DNA of 63,143 bases, the filler included, from Reticulomyxa filosa (Eukaryota; Protista; Foraminifera): the NCBI GenBank assembly GCA_000512085.1. It is 9 parts of 9 records of this genome, joined end to end, with 100 filler letters (N's around TTAATTAATTAA, not from the genome) between each part and the next. Parts side by side here need not be neighbours in the genome. Positions count along the whole stretch, not along the records: positions 50,260 to 58,730 come from ASPP01008866.1; positions 58,831 to 63,143 come from ASPP01003422.1; 7 more parts are not named here. The stretch is one strand, 5' to 3'. A program made the position numbers and the translations under genes. This document shows, in pieces, positions 53,607 through 63,143 of this stretch. The notes under the pieces are model-generated. The model saw only the letters and a program-made list of their open reading frames with translations, was not told the DNA's origin and ran no database searches. Position 1 is the first letter of the stretch. Each line of letters begins with the position of its first letter.

Positions 53607-54792
53607 TATGTATATATCTGTATTTATATGTATATATTGTATACATGTTTATCATCCCTTTTCTTTTGTAAGGTAGTAATGCACGCTTGAACGTATCCAA
53701 CATCGTGTCCTCCTCTCCTCCTCCTCTCTTTTTGGCAATCAAACAAACTATAGTGCAAAAAAATTGAAAGAAGGTGAACCCAATGTTGCCTATATTTGTA
53801 GCCGATATTACAGGGCCCCCGAATTGATATTCGAATCCTCCTCTTATCAGACAACTATTGGTAAGTAAAAGAGCTTTTATCAACAATTAAATATGTGTAC
53901 ATATATACATATATGTATATATATATATATGAATACTAATAAAGATAAAAATAAAACAATAGATATTTGGTCATTGGGATGCGTGATGGGAGAATTGTTT
54001 TTGACCACTCCACTGTTTCAAGGAGAAAGAAGTGTGGATCAATTGGTCGAAATTATCAAAGTGTTAGGAACACCCACGCGCCGTGAAATTATGGCAATGA
54101 ACCCGAATTACACATACACGAATTTCCCGGCGGTTAAAGCTCTTCCGTGGAACATTGTGTTTGAAGGTGTGCTCTATGAAAACCACCCTGTCCCCGATGA
54201 TGCCATTGACATTTTGTCCAAGTTTTTGGTGTTTGTGCCGTCCGAAAGATTAGACCCCTTTGATGCTTTGGGTCATCCCTACTTTGATGAATTGAGAAAA
54301 CCTGATTTAGAGTTTTCCAAACCATTCTCCAAAAAAAAAAATTCTATTCACATATGTATATTGTAAACATGCCTTACGATGAGTAGATTTGTATTTGACA
54401 TTAAAGGGTGTGTGGGGTACGGGGAAACAAAACGAATAAATAAAATAAAAAAAAAAAGAATTCCAGGATGTAAAAAAGGTCCGAACTTGTTTAACTTCAC
54501 CGATAGCGAGATTGAGTTGGCAACACGGCGTAAAATAGTGCACACAATAGTTCCAAAGAAATATTGGGACCAATATGGAATCAAATCCAAGAAACACTCC
54601 ACAATCAACACAAATGCAACAAATGCGCTAAATGGAACAAATGATGGAAAAGCAGCAGCCAAACCAGGCGCACCCTCTTCAGTCAATTCACAACAAGACT
54701 ATGTGCTTTCTCGCGTCATGGAAATTGCTGAACAAAGACAAGAACAAGAAAAGAAAATCGCTTCAAACAAAAAGTCCGCATCTGGTCAATAA
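52526..54792 (+). CDS. GSK3: Glycogen synthase kinase 3 (CMGC), about 7 exons
   Basis: [77 protein letters not shown]. Confidence 0.96.
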
Positions 54793-55017
54793 ACTTTGAT
54801 TTCTCTTACTCAATTAAATAACAAACAAAAAAAACAAGGAGAAAAATACTTTTGTGTTGTCATTTCAAGGGGATAGCAGAGTTGTTTTCCTTGTTATTTT
54901 TGTTATAATTGTAGAGGTTGTGTTCAAACCAAAAATACCGAAAGCAAATGAATCAGAAATAAATTTTTTTGGTGTTTGTAGAGAACTTTTTGTTTTTTTT
55001 TTCTTTTTTTTTAAAAA

Positions 55018-55054
<37 letters not shown>

Positions 55055-55976
55055 CTCTTCCTCTGTAACCAACATAACATGTTGGAAGAGAGATGTAACG
55101 GCTTTTTTGGATTTTGTTTTCTGAACTAACTTGCCTTCAAGACATTGCAAAAAGGGAAGGGAAGAGAAGGAGAGGGAAAAGGTAAACGATAGGCTGGAGT
55201 AGAATTTTTGGTTGTTTTTCTTTCCTAAATTTTTGCAATTTACTGGGATGTTGTTATCAAATGTGCTGTTTTTTTCAGTCCGGATTAATGAGACTTGTGA
55301 TGATGACTTGTTCTTTTTTTTTTCGCCCTCCCTCCCACTTATTCTTTATGTTTGTTGAAACTGTGGGATTTGTTGATTTGGATGTTGTTTTTGTGGTTTG
55401 CAAAGCATGAGTTAGATTGCTGTGTTTTTTTTTGTTTTTCACTTTCTTTTTTGATTGTCCGTTTCATGGATAAGAGGTACATGTACGATAACAATGCTTC
55501 GCTACAATGAGATAAAATGATATTGTAATTTCATTTAAATCAACAATTTACATCAATTGCTTGATTTTTTTTGTTACTTCACAGCCATTGAAAGGCATGT
55601 ACAAATTTTTGGTGTTACAAAAAAAAACTATTGCAATTTGATAAATCATCTTTTGTTTCGTTTTGGCAAGACAATTAAGGTTGATTTAATATTTTAACAC
55701 TTGTTATTTTTTTTTTTATCAAAAATCAGTTGTTTGTTTTGCACATCTTTTTTGGCTAAGAAATAAGATAATCACTGTCTATTTCATTGTTGCCGATCCG
55801 TTGTTGCACATCACTCTCAATTGAAGTGGCAATCAAATATAGACATACATTATTTGATGAGGAGTTACAATCTCGATTCAACAAAATTACAGTCTCATTA
55901 AAAAAACAGGAAGTATGTTTTTACAAAGATGTGACATTTTAAAAAACATTGGACGAAGAAAAACAAGAGGAGGCCA

Positions 55977-56507
55977 TTATTTTGAGAATAACTTTGGAAA
56001 TTTAGTTGTAGCCAATTGCAAAGCAACAATAGTGAAAGATTCAGCACTTTCTCCCACAGTAATTAAAGAAATGAGCTCTTGATAAGTGACAAATTTGGTT
56101 TTTTCAATGATTTCGTTTTCATCATGGTTCTTAAAGTATTTATCCCAAATGAACCCAATTATCGTTATCTGTTCGCAGATTCATTTCTTCAGCTAACTCT
56201 TTTTTTGCATTTCCCAATGAGGTCAAAGAAGATGCTCCAGATCCACGAGGAACTTCCCACAAGAACTGGCTTATTGGATAACGATACTGCCGCAAAATAC
56301 CTATCCTACCGTCTTCGGACAATGGGATCACCACCGTGCCGTCGAGGCCAGCTTCCACGATGCGGTTGTAGTTCCCGTTGTTTCCGTTCGGGAACTTTAC
56401 TTCGTCAAAATACACTTTTATCCATTTGTTTTCATACATCAATTTCTCCTTTGTTCGTTCGATTATTGCACCTTCTTTTTTTCTTTTTCTGCGGTTGACG
56501 AGGACAT
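55977..56507 (-). pseudogene. Nudix hydrolase (ADP-ribose pyrophosphatase/NudF-like), disrupted
   Basis: QYRYP..WEVPRG..AKKELAEE Nudix box; stop after 'WVHLG'; C-terminal 'DENEIIEKTKFVTYQELISLI..GE..SFTIVALQ' in another frame. Confidence 0.75.
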
Positions 56508-57149
56508 TTTCTTCTTTTTACTTAGTTTTGTTTTTTACGTTTTAGGTCTGTTTTTTTGATCCTTCTAGAGAAGGAACAAAGCAAATAACATTTGATTGAA
56601 CAAATTTCACTTTTAAGGAATAAAAAAATGTGCAGTATAATACAAAAGTTGCAAATTAATGAAGAAACAAAATTTATGTAAATTTTTTAAAATACTTTCT
56701 GTAATGCTAAAAGTTAGCAATTTCATGATTGTGATATTGACACAACTGTCAACTTTTTTCAAAAACCAATAAAAAATTTAAGTTTTGCACAGTTACGAAA
56801 GGTGAAATAAAAAACTACATTAAAAAAATTCTTCCGATACGAGTTCATCAGTTTCTGACAAGACTCTAAAGAGGGTGGTGATAAATTTTTTGATTTCTCC
56901 AACTTTTTTGTCATGACGATTTTTGTATTACTGTTTGTTGCGTTGCGACATGTTCACTTGTCGACGTCGAACATGGCTTGAACAGTCTGCCTCGCTGTAT
57001 TGGTGATTTCACTGACTCATCATTACTTTTTTTCTTTTATTGTGCCTTTTTTCTGATCATATGTTTACTTTTCGTAGTTTTGATACATGCACCACTTTTA
57101 CAAAGATAATTTTAGAATTCTTTCAATGTATTGTACATCCGCTAATATT

Positions 57150-58730
57150 CCTTTTGCTGATATTAACTGTCACAAAATATTATCTCTTTCTGCATGAATT
57201 CGCATTTTTCAATTGCCAATTTCATGTTGTGGTCTGTAAAACGATGTAATACTATACTTAGAACTTGTATATGTTGTTGATATATTTCCGTTGCAATAAA
57301 TCGTATATGTAAATGTCTATATCTTCTAAATCTCCAAATATAGATACCATAATGCGTTGGAATGTTGCAGGTGCGTTTGATAAACTAAATCACATAAGGT
57401 TACATTCGTACAACCCGTTTGGAGTGATAAATGCTGTTTTATGTCGGTCTATCTCGCGTAAATGATTTAATGAAAAAATTGTCAAATAAAAAAATATTTT
57501 CCAAGCTAGGTATCAGGTCAGCATATCTACATATCCCAATATTTGGTAGCGGCCACTCGTCACGTATTGTCGCTTGTCTCAATTTTCGATAGTCCATTCA
57601 CATACGCAATTTAAATCCTTTTTTCTTAACTAACACTACTGGCGCCGCAAATTGAGAAGAGCTTTTCCTTATTATTCATAGAAGCTATAATTCTTTTACC
57701 TTCTTCTTCACTTCCTCTTGATGTTTATAATTTAGATAGTATGGTTTATTTTTTATTTGTGAATTGCCAGGTTTCAAATCAATTTTCATTTCTGCATCTC
57801 TAATTTTCCCTATGTCGAAACTATTGGCTGCTATCAATTGTTGATTTTGTGCTATTATTGTGATCATTTTCATCTAAATGGATTTCATCTTGACAGTCTA
57901 CTATATCGTCGGTTGCTTTATGTTCGAATGATCCACTTTCTTGTAACCCAAGTGTCTTAATGCACTTCGTGATAAGATAAAGTTATGTGGTAGATTTTGT
58001 ACAATATAAAATTTTTCTTTAAAAGGTTTGACACTTGTGTTTTGTGGATCACTTATTGTTAGGTCCACCCTTTCAAGAAGTTCGATAGAGCACTTGCATG
58101 AACTACCAAGAATGCCCTGTCATCTTTCGTTATTCTAAGTAATTCTTTTTCTTCCGTTTTCCTTGGACATTCTCTTTTTTTGTGACCGTGTTCGCCACAA
58201 GTCCAACACTCGTCATTCCAACTATGTTTTTCTTTTTTGTCCTCTATGTGTCTGTTTTTTGATATAATATTATTATTAATACGATGTTTTGTTTGAAATG
58301 CTTTTCCAGTTCCATATCTCGCGCTATCTCCGTATATGTTACTATATTTAAACACTTTGTCTGAATTCTTATCGACGAACCAATTCGTTCGCGGTCGACG
58401 CTTTGCTCTTATTTCATCTTCGAATCTGCTTTGGCTTTCTTGGAGTGCTCTTTCTGCTTTTAATAGCGTCTTCGGCTCTTTGCTCAATACTATATGTCTT
58501 ACCAGTCCATGTAGTGCTTCCAGAAGCGCTTGCATTAACATGTCATCTAATGGTTTTATTCTTTTCCTCGCTGGGACATTGCACTATTATGCATATTCTA
58601 GCTCTCTTGCTAGTTCAAACTTTGCTTTACGCCATCTTAGCAAGATTTCTGCATGTTCTTCCTTATGATGCGTTGAAAATTGCATTACATCTGATGTACG
58701 CTCTGCAACATGATGCTTGCCTCCAAATGT
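57150..58730 (-). mobile_element. Decayed Ty3/Gypsy gag-protease-RT remnant
   Basis: CCHC knuckle CWTCGEHGHKKREC; RT fragments 'IIRKSSSQFAAPVVLVKKK', 'DYRKL', 'PLPNI', 'KTAFITPNGLYE', 'NAPATFQRIM' with stops. Confidence 0.88.
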
Positions 58731-59025
58731 NNNNNNNNNNNNNNNNNNNNNNNNNNNNNNNNNNNNNNNNNNNNTTAATTAATTAANNNNNNNNNNNNNN
58801 NNNNNNNNNNNNNNNNNNNNNNNNNNNNNNAGTAGTAAAATTTGGAAACACTTTGAAGTTTGAAAGCTGCAAATAAAACCAAAAAATTGATTTAAAAAAA
58901 AAAAAAAATTATGAAAATATAAATATTGTGTAATCTATATTTATAAATATATATATATGTATACGTATTATATATATTTATAAATATATATATATTACGT
59001 ATTTATTATTTGTATGTGATTTAGA

Positions 59026-60907
59026 CGTGAACAATGAAAAATACATTCCGGTGGCAATGAAGCCGCCGGCAGTGATGTGTGTATACGGGAATCAAATGGA
59101 TGGGAGCGCATGTTTGGTGACGTCAGTTAAAGACAGCATCCGCTGTTACTGGATGAAAACGCGCGAGTCGTCGACCGTGTGGGTATCCACGTGGGCATAT
59201 ATTGTTGACATCTGGCGTCAGCACTCTCATGTATATGTGCTCACGGCACCTCGATCCAATCTCATTCCAGGAGTCGAAGGTAAAAATTTTGCATTGAAAT
59301 ATTATGTATACGTATATATGTATACTTTTCTTTTAATTGAATTAAAGGGCCGAAGGAACCGCGATGCGAACTATTGGAGATTGACTTGAACAACCGGCGG
59401 AAAACGTGGACAGTGGGCATGCAATCGAAATGGACGTTCAACCTGCCGAAGCTGCGTGCTGACGTGGAGTTTTTGCTGCCGAAGCACTGCATGCACTACT
59501 TTGAAGATAAAGACTCGCTGTTCTTTGTGATGGGACGCAAGCTGTTTGGCAAGAGGATGAGCAAGCAACGTCGACAAGAGATGCTGCGGCGTCGCAGTGA
59601 ACGCGAGGCCGCACGTGTGCGAGCAAACAGTCAAGATGTCAGAACTGGGCCTCGTCGACCACAACGCGTCTTGCTCGGTGGAAAGAATCGTTTCCGCCGT
59701 CCGAATATTGCCACCAACACAACCACGACAGAGACGACGACGACGACGACGACAACGACCACGACGAAGACGAAAAAGAAAACGGTATCATCGACCCCGA
59801 CTTCAGGGTCAGCCAAACACAAAGAAGAAGAAGAAGACAAAAAGAAGAAGAAAATGAAGAGGAAGAAGAAATTGGGTCTTGGACTTTGACACTGCATATT
59901 GTAAATGACACACCTCCTTTCGTGAACATTACATCTCCCAAAGACACTCACTTGCAGACTCCCAATCAACATCTCTCTTTCAGCACCACCGACAATGTCG
60001 ATGCGAAGGTGGACTACAAAAGCGACAATGACGATGATGACAACAACAACGAAAAAAAAGAAGACAAACGTCAAAGTCCAAGTCCACGCAGTCGAAATAA
60101 AGGTAATAAGAATGAAAACTCGACTCAACTCAAGTCACCAAACAATAAACAACCTCCCAATAAACAGCCTTCTAATACCAATCGGGCTCAAGCAAACTCT
60201 TCATGTCAAGTCGACCAGCACTCGGTCGCAACCGCACTCGCCCAGATTGGGCCTCAAACCAAAGCCTCTCCACTCCGCGTCCAGCGCCCATCAACAAGAA
60301 TCCAAATCTGCCAACACGTGGCTAGGTTCGAGTGATACTCTTTTTTAAAAAAATAAATAATAATAAAAAAGGAGGCTTTCAAAAAATAATAGAGCCACCA
60401 AGATTCGTTCATACATTAGAAATCCCAGAACAAATCAAAGAATTGTTTGAACATTGTCGGTGCCATTACGTGTTCCATCACAGGCTTTCCAACAGTCTTG
60501 TGCTGCTACTTCGAAAGACAGAGCAGTCAGTGATGAAGATGGAAGGGTTGGCCGATTTTCGATCACATTTGAAAGGCATCTATGCCAAAATGGAACAACC
60601 CAAGCGCACCTACGGACGCATTGCCGTCAAAATCGACTTAAATATGGACAATCCTTACCACGTTACCATTCAAGCTGTCAGTATTGGCGCCGTCAAAATA
60701 CCAGAAGAGCGATGCAAGATTCTCTTTTATGATCCAAATAAGGCTGCTCTAATTTTAGACACTTTGACAGTCGAGGAAAAGGAAAATACTATTGTTAACT
60801 TTCATTTGTGGTGGCAAGAGATTGTTGTCCTCTCCAAGGAATATCATCATTCCATACGAATAATTCGCCTGAATGACTTTGTTTATCAATGGAAACGTTT
60901 GTATTGA
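59026..60907 (+). CDS. Multi-exon hypothetical protein (5' truncated; frameshift near 59886)
   Basis: Four consecutive coding-like frames (59027, 59374, 59886, 60332) with short introns; central T/K/N low-complexity region. Confidence 0.6.
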
Positions 60908-61316
60908 ACTTTTTCTCTCCCCTTGTTAAAAAAAATCGTCTTAAAACTGAAATATTGCTTTGGACTGTAAAGATTCTTTTTATCCTTTGTTGGCATTTAA
61001 GAATTTTATTCAAGTTAGTGAAAGGACTAGTTTCTTTGCAAACCAAAGGCTGATAAAAATGATATTGTGCACTTTAGTTTTCGTGATCCGCCAAGCCTAA
61101 AGTTCGTATCCGTGAAAAAATAGCAAATTCTTTTTAAAAAAGTCTGTTCAGAATACTTACTGCTTGCGAACTTACACGAGAAGTTTAAAAACTTGCTGGG
61201 ATCAATTTTAGAAGGTGGTAATTTCAAAAATAATCAAGTTAAAATAAAAATTAAGAAACAAAGCGGGTGGAGAAACAAAGAAGACTTACAATTTCTTTGC
61301 TTCGCCTTACAAAAAA

Positions 61317-63143
61317 TTAGTCAACTTCTTCCATTGCGGAAATGTCTTCCTTTTCCAAGTCGGCGTTTTCTGCTGCAACGTCGGGTTTGTCTGCTGCTTG
61401 TTCTTCTGGTGCCTCTTTTGCGGCCTCTTCTTCTTGCGGCTCATCGTCTTCATCATCATCAAAAATGCTGAGGCCTAATTTAATTAATTTATGGATACGG
61501 CCAGCAAATTTTACTGGTTCCTCCAAGCTGAATCCACTGGTCAACAAGGCTGTTTCGAATAACAGCCACACCAGATCTTTAATTGTCTTATCGGATGGGT
61601 CTGCTGCAAATTTTTCTTTTAAGTTACTCACAATCGCGTGATTCGGGTTGATTTCCATTGTTTTCTTTGACTGCATGTATTGTGTCATCGAGTTATCTCT
61701 CAAGGCTTGGGCCTTCATAATTCTTTCCATATTCGCCGACCATCCATATTCTCCTGTTACCAAAGAGCACGGTGAATCAACCATTCGATAGCTGACAATG
61801 ACTTTTTCCACTTTATCCCCCAGGATCTCCTTCATTTTTTTCGTCAGCGATTCGTACGCCACTTTTTCGTCCTCTTGTTTCTATAAAAACACACAAACCA
61901 ATTAATTATACGTAATGTTTTCAGTTTTTTTTTAAAGTATACTTTTAAAAAAAAAAACTAACTTTTTTTTCTTCTTCGGTTAACGGTAAATCCAACCCTT
62001 CTTTGGTAACGCATACCAATTTCTTTCCATCATATTCTCGTAATTGTTGGACCGCGTATTCGTCGATAGGATCCACCAAAAATAAGACTTCCAAGTCTCT
62101 CTTCTTCAACGCTTCCAAAAACGGTGACGCTTCCACATTTGCTCGCGATTCTCCTGTAATGTAATAAATGTGCTTTTGATTTTCCTTCATTCTGCTAACA
62201 TATTCTTTGAGCGACGTGAGTTCTTCACTGGATTTGGTCGAGTGATATCTCAGCAAATCGGCTAATTTATTGCGATTCTTCGAATCTTCATTAATTCCCA
62301 ATTTGAGATTCTTGTGGAACTGCTCATAGAATACTTTGAAGTCGGCCTTATTTTCCGCAATTTCGCCAAACAACTCCAAACACTTCTTGACAATGTTTTT
62401 CTGGATAATCTTCAATATCTTATTTTGCTGCAATGATTCTCTACTAAGGTTCAATGGCAAATCTTCGCTGTCCACTACACCACGAATGAACGACAGATAT
62501 TCAGGGCAAAGGTCCTTGCAATCATCCATAATAAAAACCCTTCGAACGAAGAGTTTAATGTTATTTTTTTTCTTCGTTGGCTCAAACAAGTCAAATGGCG
62601 CCTTCTTTGGTACAAATAACAATCCGGAAAATTCCAATTGGCCCTCCACGCTAAAGTGTTTCACCGCTAAATGTTCTTCCCAATCGTTGCTGATCGATTT
62701 GTAAAATGCCGCGTATTCCTCCTTCGATACTTCCTCAGGCTTTCTGGTCCAAATTGGTTTTTGCTTGTTCAGCAGTTCCCATTTCTTCTTTTTTTTTCCT
62801 TAATTTTTTTTTTTCCCTTCTCTTTTTTTTTTTCCTTATCATCGCTCACTTCCACTTCCGCTTTGTCCTTATCTTTGTCTTTATCATCCTCATCATCATC
62901 GTCATCCTCCTCTTCATTCACCTCCTAAATTAAAACCGGAAAACATCTTTTTTTTTGTCTTAAAAAAAAAGCAGCAACACTTCCCCCCACCCGTATGTAC
63001 GTATATCCAAAACAGATAAAACACAAATACAAAACCTTTTCTTCTTCTTTGATTGTCAGCAAGTTAATCGGGAAAGCCACAAATTGCGAGTGTTTTTTTA
63101 CAATTTCTTTTACAGTTTTTTCCTTACAAAAGTTTGCGCAATC
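61317..63143 (-). CDS. HSP90: Cytosolic heat shock protein 90, 3' part
   Basis: [65 protein letters not shown]-terminal MEEVD. Confidence 0.98.

Noticed and set aside
22114-58830. Repeated TTAATTAATTAA flanked by N as a biological repeat or CRISPR-like array
   Set aside because: Fixed 100-nt synthetic spacer with stops in all six frames; ORFs running into it are artefacts

Overview
AT-rich, intron-containing eukaryotic nuclear DNA. It is not one locus: nine contigs are joined by eight artificial 100-nt linkers (44 N + TTAATTAATTAA + 44 N), so neighbourhood arguments hold only within a contig. The expanded WD40 family (exon-2 motif 'IKLGWIxDF'), TRAF-like+WD40 fusion, short A/T-tract introns and many pseudogenes suggest a foraminiferan such as Reticulomyxa filosa (inference, not verified). 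Recognisable genes: four WD40 genes, an SDR oxidoreductase, prolyl oligopeptidase, a secreted beta-lactamase-family hydrolase with a degenerate C39-like tail, phenylalanine hydroxylase, RPL23, a RanBP1-domain protein, RPS25 with a very long C-terminal repeat, a zinc-dependent deaminase, a SAM protein, BRF1, GSK3, a disrupted Nudix hydrolase and cytosolic HSP90. Mobile DNA: one uninterrupted CRE/SLACS-type non-LTR retrotransposon ORF and two decayed Ty3/Gypsy relics. Best leads: WD40 paralogues that vary at propeller top-face positions and share a gene-conversion-like tract; the hydrolase/pseudo-C39 fusion; introns with T-rich 5' parts and A-rich 3' ends; the YHDD CRE element; the extended eS25. 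Several single-base frameshifts in homopolymers are probably assembly errors. All exon boundaries were read by eye.
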